From positions 1 to 64,000 of IMG/VR virus record IMGVR_UViG_3300030329_002226: a stretch of DNA of 64,000 nt, one strand, 5' to 3'. Each line of letters starts with the position of its first letter. Positions within the stretch are counted from its first letter, which is position 1. A program made the translations under genes and the position numbers. A model generated the notes under the pieces. It did not search any database and was not told the origin of the DNA. It worked only from the letters and a program-made list of their open reading frames with translations. The stretch is from an uncultured virus (IMG/VR IMGVR_UViG_3300030329_002226). Its lineage: Duplodnaviria; Heunggongvirae; Uroviricota; Caudoviricetes. Below are positions 32,184-41,777 of the stretch, in pieces.

Positions 32184-32639
32184 TTATTTTTTAAAAATAC
32201 TAGTTGCCTTTTCTGTCGTGCGTCCTCCGAAATAGGCTAAGACGACCGACATCATCACCTTCTCGAAAGTATCATTCCATAATTCATTTATATGAAACGG
32301 TATTGTTTCCACACTATCTAATATTCCAGCTAATGAAAATATACATATACACCATACTAATACTAATGGACGTACATTTTTCGACATCCAAGAATCAGAC
32401 ATTGAATCTGCTTCCCATCGTGATGTTATAGCTTCTAGTTCTTTGTTTTGTTGATCGTATATTAATTGCTGTAATTTAATTTTATCTTCTTGTGGAGCTT
32501 CGGATTTAGTTATTTCTGCTATTGCTTCTTGAGGTGAAGTAACCCCTTGTAAAACATTTCCTAAAGTGGGATTAATAACTGAAGCTGCTCCAAACAATAA
32601 TTGTCCAACAGTAGTATCTTTAAATTTTTTCTTTGCCAT
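32184..32639 (-). CDS. Holin (GTA 3TM-holin-like)
   Basis: RWEAD..SDSWMSKNVRPL motif, TM helices, AYFGGR. Confidence 0.65.
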   Translation of the reverse strand: MAKKKFKDTTVGQLLFGAASVINPTLGNVLQGVTSPQEAIAEITKSEAPQEDKIKLQQLIYDQQNKELEAITSRWEADSMSDSWMSKNVRPLVLVWCICIFSLAGILDSVETIPFHINELWNDTFEKVMMSVVLAYFGGRTTEKATSIFKK

Positions 32640-32643
32640 TTTA

Positions 32644-32672
32644 TATAATTACTTGTTTTTATATTATTTTAC
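32644..32672 (-). promoter_or_regulatory. Putative middle/late promoter, GTAAA-N10-AACAAGTAATTATA
   Basis: Same spacing as the other copies; ends 4 nt before the holin ATG. Confidence 0.65.
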
Positions 32673-32684
32673 CTCGTTATATTT

Positions 32685-33047
32685 TCATGTATTTTGATAT
32701 GCTTCTTGTTCCCAAATAAATCCTGGCCAACCTTCTTCCTTCCATTCACCTTCATAATATATTTTACCATCTTTTCGTGGATATTTTACCCCATCAAACA
32801 TTAAATAATCGTCTTCATAATCTAAACCTTTTTCACCATTAGATGCATGAAATTCTTTTACTTGTAAATTATGAGTTTTTTCATGATTATAAGTTTCTTG
32901 TTCTTCTAATGGAGATAGTTTTTCATTAATTAGAATACTACCATTTTTAGTAGCCATTCCTCTAGTATTATCATCCATTGGTTGATGATAAACTGGAGTG
33001 TGTAAAGTTTCTCTGCAATAGGGAGCACCTTTCATTTTAAAAGCCAT
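32685..33047 (-). CDS. Small zincin-like metallopeptidase
   Basis: HEKTH motif with downstream WEQEAY. Confidence 0.6.
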   Translation of the reverse strand: MAFKMKGAPYCRETLHTPVYHQPMDDNTRGMATKNGSILINEKLSPLEEQETYNHEKTHNLQVKEFHASNGEKGLDYEDDYLMFDGVKYPRKDGKIYYEGEWKEEGWPGFIWEQEAYQNT

Positions 33048-33048
33048 A

Positions 33049-33252
33049 CTATATAGGTTTCTCTACAACGTAACGTGCCCCGGGAAACGTATAATCGTAA
33101 CCGGGGTACATTATCTTTGTATATCCTCTATCATCAGTTCCTAGTACTTTAAAATCAACTCCTTTCATAGTGATTTTATTTCCTGGTATAATGTTTTGAG
33201 GTTGATTAATATCTGGGCTATTGTTTAAATAACCGGTTTTTGATATATTCAT
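33049..33252 (-). CDS. Hypothetical protein
   Basis: 67-aa ORF in operon. Confidence 0.5.
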   Translation of the reverse strand: MNISKTGYLNNSPDINQPQNIIPGNKITMKGVDFKVLGTDDRGYTKIMYPGYDYTFPGARYVVEKPI

Positions 33253-33436
33253 TTTTCATTTTTATTCCTATAATTCTTAAACCATACCCTAACCATAATA
33301 AAAAGGCTAAAGGTGTTAAAATACTCATATCCCAAGCTATATATGATACACTTTCATATTGTTGTAAAATATAAATTACGCCTGGATACACAAATGGTAA
33401 TAATAAGTATAAGAATACTTTAAATAAGTTTTTCAT
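33218..33436 (-). CDS. Two-TM membrane protein
   Basis: Two hydrophobic segments. Confidence 0.5.
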   Translation of the reverse strand: MKNLFKVFLYLLLPFVYPGVIYILQQYESVSYIAWDMSILTPLAFLLWLGYGLRIIGIKMKNEYIKNRLFKQ

Positions 33437-33466
33437 TAGATTTGATTTAATTAATTAATAATGATA

Positions 33467-34234
33467 TTACCTATTCCACCAGTTTGCCAATCTTCGTAAA
33501 CCTCTACCTAACATCGTACCATCTTGATTATAATCGTGGAATACATTGTCTAAACCACCAGATGGATTACCTTCAGTAAAAGGATTTGGATTAGCTGGAA
33601 CTACTTTCCCTTCAATTGGATTTTCAGGTGGAAATAAATTTGCTCCTGGATTAGTATAACCCCATCTATTTACAGATCCTTTTGGACCTCCACTCATTCT
33701 CCACTTATGAAGTACATCGCCTGGACGTTGTCCTCCGCCTCCTAAATTAAAATCTGAAGTTCTTAGATTATTAGCCCATCTACCAATTGGACCTAAATCT
33801 TCATGTACTGGATCCCATGTAATTGTTTTACCGTCTACTTCTTGACCTACTCTACTTTGTTTTACTGGATGTCCATGCATATAATCTCTATGCGTTGCAG
33901 ATTGATCTCCATGTGATGCACCTGTGTGTCCATGATAATGTGGATCTGTATCTTTAAAATGTGCATAATCTTTATGCGTTGCAGATTGATCTCCTTTCAT
34001 AGCTCCTTTATGAGGCGCTGGTGAATTGGAATCTCCCATAACGTTATAAGCTCCTGACATATCTTTGATTTCACGTGAATCTGCTAAATTTTTAGCTGGA
34101 TGATGAGTTTCATCATTCTCTAAATAATGTAATCTTGCAGAAGCGGTTAAATCTTTATCATGTGCCATTTTAGCATCATAACGCTCTTCTTGTTTTTTTG
34201 AAAACCTTGGGTGGTTTCCTGAATATTCTCCCAT
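33467..34234 (-). CDS. His-rich low-complexity protein with HPAKN/HPVKQ motifs (candidate head cargo)
   Basis: Internal GDQSATH(K/R)DY duplication. Confidence 0.55.
   Translation of the reverse strand: MGEYSGNHPRFSKKQEERYDAKMAHDKDLTASARLHYLENDETHHPAKNLADSREIKDMSGAYNVMGDSNSPAPHKGAMKGDQSATHKDYAHFKDTDPHYHGHTGASHGDQSATHRDYMHGHPVKQSRVGQEVDGKTITWDPVHEDLGPIGRWANNLRTSDFNLGGGGQRPGDVLHKWRMSGGPKGSVNRWGYTNPGANLFPPENPIEGKVVPANPNPFTEGNPSGGLDNVFHDYNQDGTMLGRGLRRLANWWNR
33881..33994. repeat. 30-bp direct repeat, 1 mismatch (33881-33910 and 33965-33994)
   Basis: ATAATCTYTATGCGTTGCAGATTGATCTCC twice. Confidence 0.85.
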
Positions 34235-34250
34235 TTCTTTTGTTTTAATA

Positions 34251-34279
34251 AAACCCTGCTAGAAAACTAACAGGGATTT
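34251..34279 (-). terminator. Putative intrinsic terminator
   Basis: Minus strand CCCTGTTAG-TTTT-CTAGCAGGG-TTTT. Confidence 0.5.
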
Positions 34280-34304
34280 GTGATTAATAATTTGTGTTAT
34301 GATG

Positions 34305-34610
34305 TTATGAACCTGATATTCCAGATATTTTTACACCTGTACTATTTTGTACGATTGACATAACGCCTCCTGGATTAGCTGTTACTGCTGAAATCACTTG
34401 ATTAGCCCAATCTAAACCTTTTCCAGTAACTGTATATGTCCAAACAGATGCACCTTCAGCACCTTCAGTCACAACGCTAAAAGTATCCGCGCTACCAGTA
34501 CCATCTGCTGCTCCTTGAGCAACATATATAATTTTACCGATTAGTATATCAGAACCATTAGTTGTGCCTCCGTCTATATCAGCTGCTTTAATTTTAATGT
34601 AATTTGCCAT
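34305..34610 (-). CDS. Small structural (capsid auxiliary?) protein
   Basis: Gly/Ala/Thr-rich, MCP-like codon bias, followed by a terminator. Confidence 0.45.
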   Translation of the reverse strand: MANYIKIKAADIDGGTTNGSDILIGKIIYVAQGAADGTGSADTFSVVTEGAEGASVWTYTVTGKGLDWANQVISAVTANPGGVMSIVQNSTGVKISGISGS

Positions 34611-34621
34611 AATTTTTGTTT

Positions 34622-34656
34622 TTAAATGTTAAATGTTAAATGTTAAATGTTAAATG
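34622..34656. repeat. 5 x TTAAATG tandem repeat
   Basis: Read directly; lies in the leader of the 34305-34610 gene. Confidence 0.9.
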
Positions 34657-34679
34657 AGTTTTATACAGCTCTCATACTG

Positions 34680-34829
34680 TTATTTTTTCATACGGGCTTT
34701 TTGAGCAGCAGTAGGTCCAGAACCAGCACCTTTTAATTTAGCATTAGCTATAGAACCAGCTATTTTTAGTGCTGAAGTTCTTGATTTACCTTCTCTCATA
34801 AGCTTATCTACTAGGCTTTCGAAACTCAT
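34680..34829 (-). CDS. 49-aa basic protein
   Basis: Manual translation MSFESLVDKLMREGKSRTSALKIAGSIANAKLKGAGSGPTAAQKARMKK. Confidence 0.55.
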   Translation of the reverse strand: MSFESLVDKLMREGKSRTSALKIAGSIANAKLKGAGSGPTAAQKARMKK

Positions 34830-34832
34830 AAC

Positions 34833-35045
34833 TTATTTTTTTGCTAATTGAGTTATAGGACCTGCCTTATACATAGAAGGTGCTTTTAATACCTGCATAC
34901 CGTTTATACCTGAACTAGATCCCTCTCCATGAGGTCTTCCAGTTTGATCTAGTGGCCCATCCCATATATGAGATTCTCCAACTATACCAACTTTAGTTCC
35001 TGGTTTTAATTTTTCCATTGCTGGATCATATTTTTTGTTGTGCAT
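34833..35045 (-). CDS. Hypothetical protein
   Basis: 70-aa ORF in operon. Confidence 0.55.
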   Translation of the reverse strand: MHNKKYDPAMEKLKPGTKVGIVGESHIWDGPLDQTGRPHGEGSSSGINGMQVLKAPSMYKAGPITQLAKK

Positions 35046-35056
35046 AATTTTAATTT

Positions 35057-35665
35057 TTAACTTAGTTTGTATAATTGTTCAAATGGGTTCTGTGATACTT
35101 TTGTATCACTTGCCATTACATTGTTTATAGTTTCGTTTTTAAATTGAGTTTTATCTACAGGATCTATTTCTGAAGAAAAAGTATTTAAAGCTTCATTTTG
35201 AATATCATTTGTAGGGGCTATTGTCCCATCTTTGTTAACAACATTATCTCTTAATCCTTCATTTAATGATCCTAGAGATAAAGTATCAGAACCTGAAACT
35301 TGTTGTGTTTCACCTGTAGGTAAACTAGTTGGCTTAAAATCTCCACTACCAAAAGGTCTATTTTCAATAGTAGCACCTGTTATTTTATCTTGTCTAGTGT
35401 TAGCATTATTAGCTCCCCAATTTTGATTTATACCCGCTGCATTCATAGCTCCTTGATCAAAGCTTCCTCCACTACCATAAGTAGAATTATAAGAACCTAC
35501 TCTAAATTGTTGATTAAAAGCTGCAGCTTGGTTTTGATTTATATTTTGTTGAGACCAGTTATTTATTCCTTGTTGATCCCATTGAGCTCCTCCTAATTGC
35601 ATAGCAGCAGCGTTATTTAATTGTCTTAAAGGTGGAATTTTATATGATATTTTTCTTCTTGCCAT
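35057..35665 (-). CDS. Gln/Asn-rich low-complexity protein (PPLRQ near N-terminus)
   Basis: 202-aa ORF; candidate head cargo. Confidence 0.5.
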   Translation of the reverse strand: MARRKISYKIPPLRQLNNAAAMQLGGAQWDQQGINNWSQQNINQNQAAAFNQQFRVGSYNSTYGSGGSFDQGAMNAAGINQNWGANNANTRQDKITGATIENRPFGSGDFKPTSLPTGETQQVSGSDTLSLGSLNEGLRDNVVNKDGTIAPTNDIQNEALNTFSSEIDPVDKTQFKNETINNVMASDTKVSQNPFEQLYKLS

Positions 35666-36291
35666 TATAACCAGTTTTTAGGATTAATTTTATCCCAGAA
35701 ATTTCCTGTTGCTCTAGCGCTTTGATTGTCTTGGAAGTTTTGTTGTTTTCTCTTTAATCTAGCTGCTTTAGCATCTTTACCTCTAGCTTCGGCATCATCT
35801 ATTCTAGCTTGTAAAGATTGATCATCTCTTTTCCAAAAACCAAATTTATTTCTATTTGGATCATCAAATTTTGCTTGTGGTCCTTCTGTTATATCTTCTA
35901 AAAAACTATAATTGAAAGCACTACTATTATTATTAGCATTAGAATCAGTTGTACCTTGTGGATTAGTATAACTACCAGAACCAAAAGTTTGTACGTCTGC
36001 TTCAGGTAAAGCAACTGTAGTTGAACCAGTTCCCATACCGTGTGATCCTTGAGGCATGTTACCATGGTATCTACCACTTCTAGGATCTAATTGAGTTTTG
36101 AGTTGATTGATAGCTTCCATCGCATTATAACCAGCATTAGCGGCTATTACACCCACTTGTTTTAATGGATGAGGCATTTCTCTTTCATGCTCTGCACCAT
36201 ATATTTTATTGGCAGCATTTACTGTTTTTTCTGAAAAAGGATGAGTTACATTTCCTGCTTTAGATTTAAGATTTGGTTTTGTGTTAGGCAT
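35665..36291 (-). CDS. Low-complexity protein with HPLKQ motif
   Basis: 208-aa ORF; candidate head cargo. Confidence 0.5.
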   Translation of the reverse strand: MPNTKPNLKSKAGNVTHPFSEKTVNAANKIYGAEHEREMPHPLKQVGVIAANAGYNAMEAINQLKTQLDPRSGRYHGNMPQGSHGMGTGSTTVALPEADVQTFGSGSYTNPQGTTDSNANNNSSAFNYSFLEDITEGPQAKFDDPNRNKFGFWKRDDQSLQARIDDAEARGKDAKAARLKRKQQNFQDNQSARATGNFWDKINPKNWL

Positions 36292-36293
36292 AA

Positions 36294-36740
36294 TTATCTA
36301 TTTTTATCTCTATTTACGTTATATATAGAGGTCTGTAATACTTTGTCAATATATGATTTACCTTTCATAATTGAGTTTCGTCTTTCACTAGTAGGAATAT
36401 CTTCTTCTCCTAGCATAATTCTATATATTTTATTTATAAGTTGTTTTCCTTTAAAAGAAATCTTATAAATATTATATTTTTGAGTAGTTCTATTGCGGTT
36501 TCTCCAAACTACTATCCAATTATTTTTTATTAATCTGTTCCATCTTCTATTGTCCCAACTATAAGAATATACTCCCATTTCAAAATCTTTCTTAGTAAAA
36601 AGATCAATACAATCTAAATAAATTAATAATTCAAGATCTGCGTTATTTAAGCCGTTGTTCTTACAAGCCCATTTGCGTATTATACGGTAATGTTTTAACA
36701 GGTTCATATCTTTGATATCTCCCGCTTCTAGCCTTTTCAT
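36294..36740 (-). CDS. Winged-helix (MarR-like) DNA-binding protein
   Basis: GLNNADLELLIYL...RLIKNNWI...YKISFKGKQLI pattern. Confidence 0.5.
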   Translation of the reverse strand: MKRLEAGDIKDMNLLKHYRIIRKWACKNNGLNNADLELLIYLDCIDLFTKKDFEMGVYSYSWDNRRWNRLIKNNWIVVWRNRNRTTQKYNIYKISFKGKQLINKIYRIMLGEEDIPTSERRNSIMKGKSYIDKVLQTSIYNVNRDKNR

Positions 36741-37000
36741 ACAACAACGACTACATCTTGAGATTTTATAACATGATATGTTTTATCTTCTACTTCTATT
36801 TTATGACCAGCATGTCTATCGAAATAAATAGTGTCATTAGACTTTAAACCATTTACTTCATCACCTACTGATAAAATAGTAGCTTCAGTATATCTTATAT
36901 CTTCTTTTTGTTTTTCTCCTAATAATAAACCACCTTGTGTTTTAGTAGTTCCTTCTTTAGTTTTTTCTATTATCAAATTTCTACCTATTGCTTTCATCAA
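36737..37000 (-). CDS. groES: Co-chaperonin GroES
   Basis: KTQGGLLL mobile loop, ATILSVGDEV, adjacent to groEL. Confidence 0.85.
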   Translation of the reverse strand: MMKAIGRNLIIEKTKEGTTKTQGGLLLGEKQKEDIRYTEATILSVGDEVNGLKSNDTIYFDRHAGHKIEVEDKTYHVIKSQDVVVVV

Positions 37001-38534
37001 CTCTAATATTATTAATTACACAATCTGTAGATAAAATGGTTTTAGCAACTGAAGCCGCATTTTTTAGTGCACTTTTAGTTACTAATAAAGGATCAATAAT
37101 ACCATTTTTAACCATATCTACTTGTTTTCCGCTTGTAACATCTATTCCTATCCCTTCTTTTTTAGGTAAAATAGGATCAATACCCGCGTTTTCTAGTATT
37201 GTTTTATATGGTGAGATTAATGCTTTTGCTAGAATTTTTTCTCCTTCATTTTCTTCTTTTAAATTCATTGCAGCATTTAATAAAGCTATTCCACCTCCTG
37301 GTACTATACCTTCTTTTATTGCAGCTTTAGTTGCACAAATAGCATCTTCAGCTCTATCTAATTTTTCTTTTAATTCTACTTCAGAATTAGCACCGATTTT
37401 TACTACAGCAATTTTAGCACATAATCTTGCTAATCTTTTTTCTAAAGATATTATTTTATCCGGAATTTTACATGTTATTAATTCTTTCTTAATATCTTCT
37501 ATAATAGCTATAGTTTCTGTTTTTGTGTCTCCTATTTGAATAATAGTTTCAGTATTATTAGTTATACTTTTTAAACAGCTTCCTAAATAATCTACACTTA
37601 AAAGATCCATATCATCTCCTAAGTTTTCATTTATTATAGTAGCTCCTGTTAATAAAGATATATCATCAAATATTTCTTTTCTATTAACTCCTAATACTGG
37701 AGCTTCTATTACATTTATTTTAATATTACCTTTTGTTTTGTTCATAGCTAAAGCTGCTAAAACATCTTGACTTAAATCTCCTATTATTAATAAAGGTTTT
37801 CTTTTTTTAATAACATGTTCTAAAATACTTTGTATTTGTCTTATACTATTTATTTCAGAATCTAATAATAAAACTAAAGGATTTTCTAGTTCTGCTGTTT
37901 TCTTTTCTTTATTAGTAATAAAATGAGGACTAGTTAATCCTTTTGGATATTGAGCTCCATCAATTATTTCTACTAATGTTTCACCAGATAAAGACATTTC
38001 CATCATTACTACTCCAGTAGTATCTACTGATCTAAAAGCATTAGCTATTAAACTACCTAATTTAGAATCATTATTAGTAGATATAGTAGCTACATTATCT
38101 AGCATTTTATCTTTTACAGGAATAGATATTTTATTTAAATATTTTATAACTTTATCTACTGCACTGTCAATTCCTTCTTTTATATCTCTTATATTTTGCT
38201 TATCAATAACCTTATAAGCTTCAGTTAAAATAGAATGAGATAAAACTGTAGCGGTGGTTGTTCCATCACCTGCTTCTTCTACAGTTTTTTTAGCAGCGTG
38301 TTTTAATAAAGTACAACCCATATTTTCTACTGGATGTCTTAATATTATATTTTCTGCTACAGTAACACCATCTTTGGTTATAGTTGGATTACCACTAGAA
38401 TCTTCTAAAATCACACATTTACCGCTAGCTCCTAATGTAGAGCTAACGGCTTTAGTGAGTTTTTCAATTCCTTCAAATACTTTATCTCTAGCTTCGTTTC
38501 CAAAGTTAAGATTTTTTACTATCATATTTGACAT
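36981..38534 (-). CDS. groEL: Chaperonin GroEL (phage-encoded)
   Basis: ITKDGVTVA, AGDGTTTATVL, GIVPGGG and GIIDP motifs. Confidence 0.95.
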   Translation of the reverse strand: MSNMIVKNLNFGNEARDKVFEGIEKLTKAVSSTLGASGKCVILEDSSGNPTITKDGVTVAENIILRHPVENMGCTLLKHAAKKTVEEAGDGTTTATVLSHSILTEAYKVIDKQNIRDIKEGIDSAVDKVIKYLNKISIPVKDKMLDNVATISTNNDSKLGSLIANAFRSVDTTGVVMMEMSLSGETLVEIIDGAQYPKGLTSPHFITNKEKKTAELENPLVLLLDSEINSIRQIQSILEHVIKKRKPLLIIGDLSQDVLAALAMNKTKGNIKINVIEAPVLGVNRKEIFDDISLLTGATIINENLGDDMDLLSVDYLGSCLKSITNNTETIIQIGDTKTETIAIIEDIKKELITCKIPDKIISLEKRLARLCAKIAVVKIGANSEVELKEKLDRAEDAICATKAAIKEGIVPGGGIALLNAAMNLKEENEGEKILAKALISPYKTILENAGIDPILPKKEGIGIDVTSGKQVDMVKNGIIDPLLVTKSALKNAASVAKTILSTDCVINNIRVDESNR

Positions 38535-38559
38535 AATTTAATTGAATTTGATTTAATTG

Positions 38560-38850
38560 TTATTTAAAGGTTTTAACGACTTTTGGACCTTTTAAGAAAT
38601 CTACTTTCTTCGCATAATGTGCTACTGATCCATCAATAGCTGCTTCTGCTCCTTCAATAGTTTCTCTTCGGGTTACGTCGTGCCAAGTATCTTCCTTTTC
38701 TAGGTCTTGGTACTCGGTTTGATAGAAACCGTTTGGTAATTGAACTATTCTCCAATTTTTTTTATTTGAAAGATGAGTCCATAGGTTTACAGTTTCTTGG
38801 TTAATTTGTGGTTGACTATTCCACGTTCTAGTCGAATAATAAAACGTCAT
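38560..38850 (-). CDS. Hypothetical protein heading the chaperonin operon
   Basis: 96-aa ORF downstream of a promoter motif. Confidence 0.6.
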   Translation of the reverse strand: MTFYYSTRTWNSQPQINQETVNLWTHLSNKKNWRIVQLPNGFYQTEYQDLEKEDTWHDVTRRETIEGAEAAIDGSVAHYAKKVDFLKGPKVVKTFK

Positions 38851-38908
38851 TGGTTTTGGTTTTAAATTAATATTTGGTTTGTTGCTCTTCCCGAGCCGGG
38901 TATGTGTT

Positions 38909-38937
38909 TATAATCACTTGTTTTTTTTTATTTTTAC
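38909..38937 (-). promoter_or_regulatory. Putative middle/late promoter, GTAAA-N10-AACAAGTGATTATA
   Basis: Consensus copy upstream of the groEL operon. Confidence 0.65.
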
Positions 38938-39641
38938 TATTGAAGTCCATTAACACCTACAAAACTTGTATAAGCAACTGAATTTAATGTTTCTTGAGGT
39001 GATGTTGTGCTGTTTATATCACCAGCTGACCAACCTGTTAGTGTAGCTGTAAAAGATAGGTAAAATCTATTTCCTATACTACCATTTCCAAAACCAGAAA
39101 TATTAGTAGCAGCAAAAGGAGAATTATCACTATAATCATGTGTCCACTCTAGTATACATAGTTTAAGATAACCAGTACTAGTTATTGCACTTACTGCTGT
39201 TGAATTTAAATCAAAATAGCTTAAAGTTGTACTATCTTGCCACACTAACGAACCATCAGTAGCAGCATAAGTTACACTATCATCAAAACTATCATAATCT
39301 GCTGTTGTTAAATTAGTATCAGCATCGCCTTGAGCAGTTGATTTAACTATAGCTACTTTACATGTTCCAGAACCGGAACTTGTAGGCTTGTAATAAAATT
39401 TTAGATCTGATATTGTATAACCAGTTTGATAAGTTGTCATATCAAAAGCAAAAAATCCTCTATTAAGCGTCCATTCACTACCTTTACCACCTGAAGCATA
39501 ATAAGCGTATATATATCTTTGATTAGTACCTGTGCCATTGTTTGATAATGTATTACCTGAAGCTTGACCTCTAGTATTAGCAAAAGAAGTAGTACCACTG
39601 TATCCTACCATTCCCCATTTATCTACTGTTTTTGTTGCCAT
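38937..39641 (-). CDS. Tail-fibre-associated beta-rich protein
   Basis: RGFFAFDM motif; Ser/Thr-rich; follows the fibre gene. Confidence 0.45.
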   Translation of the reverse strand: MATKTVDKWGMVGYSGTTSFANTRGQASGNTLSNNGTGTNQRYIYAYYASGGKGSEWTLNRGFFAFDMTTYQTGYTISDLKFYYKPTSSGSGTCKVAIVKSTAQGDADTNLTTADYDSFDDSVTYAATDGSLVWQDSTTLSYFDLNSTAVSAITSTGYLKLCILEWTHDYSDNSPFAATNISGFGNGSIGNRFYLSFTATLTGWSAGDINSTTSPQETLNSVAYTSFVGVNGLQ

Positions 39642-39650
39642 ACTGTTTTT

Positions 39651-41777
39651 TTAAGATATTTGAATCCAAGTATTATCTGGGCAGAAGTAAATATGATTTG
39701 CATCTATAGCGTATCCCATTACCCTAACTATTTCTGAACTTGATGATGGAGCAGTAGTAGTTACTACATTATTATTATCTGCACTTAAATACAAAGGTGC
39801 TCCAATTGTAAAACCATGACTTGAATGATAGTATATTCCATGTGTTAACATACCTACCGTACTAGCAGTGCCAGTTCCTAAAGCAACAGCTATTAATCCT
39901 TTTGAAGTAGATGCAGCATCAGCTTGAGTGTCATCCCAACCACTACTACCATTTAAAATATAATACTCTGTCGCTGTTACACTAGTACTACCAAAATTAA
40001 TTATAGTACCAGAACCACCTGATGTTAAAGAAGTATCAAGTTGAATATTAGAATCACCACTTAATACTAAATCAGTACCGGATAAAGTGATATTGCCATC
40101 ACTAGTAATACCAGTTACAAGTAGATTTTCACTTATACTTACTGTTCTACTACTATTACAACTTATTACTGTACCAGATGTATTAATAATAGAAAAAGTA
40201 TTCATACCCCATTCTAATCTAGTATCTGTACTAGCTCCATAAGCTAAAGTGTCTAAGGTAAGAGTTCCATCAATATCTGCACCTGTACTTGTCGTTTCGA
40301 ATTTTTTACTTCCATTGTGATAAAGTTCTACAGCTCCTCCATTAATAAATTTTGCCATTTCTGTAGAATCATCATTATCTCTAATAACAACATCATCTTC
40401 AGCTAATATCTTAATATCATCTCCATCACTTTGAAGAATTAAATCGCCAGTTCCAACTTTTACAAATCCATTTGCACCATTATGATACACTTGCATATCG
40501 TTATCATCACCAAGCTGTAATTGAGCTGAATCGCTATCTAAATGAACAGTGCCAAAAAAAGTTGATTCACCAGTATCATCTATTTGAAATCTTGTATATT
40601 GTGTACCACCTGAGCTAGCAGCTTCTTGGAATAACAATCTACCACTACTATCAATACTTAATTCCCATAACTGAGTAGTTGCATCTGATCTATATAATTG
40701 TAGATTTGGATTAGTAGCTTCATTAATACGTAAATTACCACAAGTTATGTCTTCTGAGGTTATAGTACCTGTAAAAGTTGCATTACCAGTAGATGTTAAA
40801 CTTAAAGGTGTAGTACTGTCAGCGGTATTTTGAAATGAAAAACCTTCACCAGCAGTTCCACTTGTTGCTTCCCAAGCGCCAAACTTTCTTAAAGATCCTG
40901 TAAAATAAACATTTTGATCAGACCATATACCAGCTTCATTTGCTCTAAACCTTCTTACTCCGTCTGTTGCTATAGATACTTGTTCTTTGTTACTTGATGC
41001 ATCATATTCTTCCAGATACATTCCATTACCATCATGTGAGGTAAAGTTATAAGCAGGAGTAGTTGCGCTTCCATCTGAAGTATTTATAATACCTGCAAAA
41101 GTTGCATTTTGTGATGTATCAAATTCTAATGCCTGAGTGCTGTTTGAAAATAATTTTAACGCGTGATTGCTGTATGTACCAATAACAGAACTACTATCCT
41201 GTGAATACATTTTTAAAATACAGTCATTCGTTGTATCTGTTATAGTTAAAGTTGGACTACTAGCAGAAGACAAAGTTAAATTACCCCCAGCTGTAATAGT
41301 ACCAGTTGTAGTTATTACGTCTATGTAAGCATTAGCCCAATAATAACTTGTTGTACCTAAATCATATGTACTATCAGCGCTGGGCATGCATGCACCACTA
41401 AACTCTGTACTACCACTACTTATTTCTTGTCTAACAGATCCACTTGTTACAATTTGAAGTTTACCGCTTGAGTTTAAATACATTGCCCCGGTATCATCAC
41501 TACCGTTTATCCATTGTACTTGTGGGGTAGCTCCAGATCCATCATCTAAAACTATATTACCTGCAAAAGTATTAGCAGTTGTTCCAGTTTGAGTTAATTT
41601 ACCACCATAATTTATATCATCATTAAACGTAGCTGAACCACCTTCTGACATATCTAAGGTAAGAGCATCAATAGTTGAGCCACCATCTACACCTCGTAAT
41701 ATTAAATCACCATCAGATATTCTTGATCTTAATTGTAAATCGTTTCCACTCTTACTAAATNNNNNNNNNNGCATCAT
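39651..41777 (-). CDS. Tail fibre, C-terminal part (probably one gene with 41755-45441, split by an assembly gap)
   Basis: Same repeats continue across the NNNNNNNNNN at 41761-41770. Confidence 0.7.
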   Translation of the reverse strand: MMXXXXFSKSGNDLQLRSRISDGDLILRGVDGGSTIDALTLDMSEGGSATFNDDINYGGKLTQTGTTANTFAGNIVLDDGSGATPQVQWINGSDDTGAMYLNSSGKLQIVTSGSVRQEISSGSTEFSGACMPSADSTYDLGTTSYYWANAYIDVITTTGTITAGGNLTLSSASSPTLTITDTTNDCILKMYSQDSSSVIGTYSNHALKLFSNSTQALEFDTSQNATFAGIINTSDGSATTPAYNFTSHDGNGMYLEEYDASSNKEQVSIATDGVRRFRANEAGIWSDQNVYFTGSLRKFGAWEATSGTAGEGFSFQNTADSTTPLSLTSTGNATFTGTITSEDITCGNLRINEATNPNLQLYRSDATTQLWELSIDSSGRLLFQEAASSGGTQYTRFQIDDTGESTFFGTVHLDSDSAQLQLGDDNDMQVYHNGANGFVKVGTGDLILQSDGDDIKILAEDDVVIRDNDDSTEMAKFINGGAVELYHNGSKKFETTSTGADIDGTLTLDTLAYGASTDTRLEWGMNTFSIINTSGTVISCNSSRTVSISENLLVTGITSDGNITLSGTDLVLSGDSNIQLDTSLTSGGSGTIINFGSTSVTATEYYILNGSSGWDDTQADAASTSKGLIAVALGTGTASTVGMLTHGIYYHSSHGFTIGAPLYLSADNNNVVTTTAPSSSSEIVRVMGYAIDANHIYFCPDNTWIQIS

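Noticed and set aside
22921..38560. AT-rich pentamer-like runs (TTATA/TTAAA) before several late ATGs as a separate repeat family
   Set aside because: Consistent with ordinary A/U-rich, Shine-Dalgarno-free Bacteroidota translation initiation regions.
41755..41777. Programmed frameshift in the tail fibre
   Set aside because: The frame break coincides with the 10-N assembly gap.
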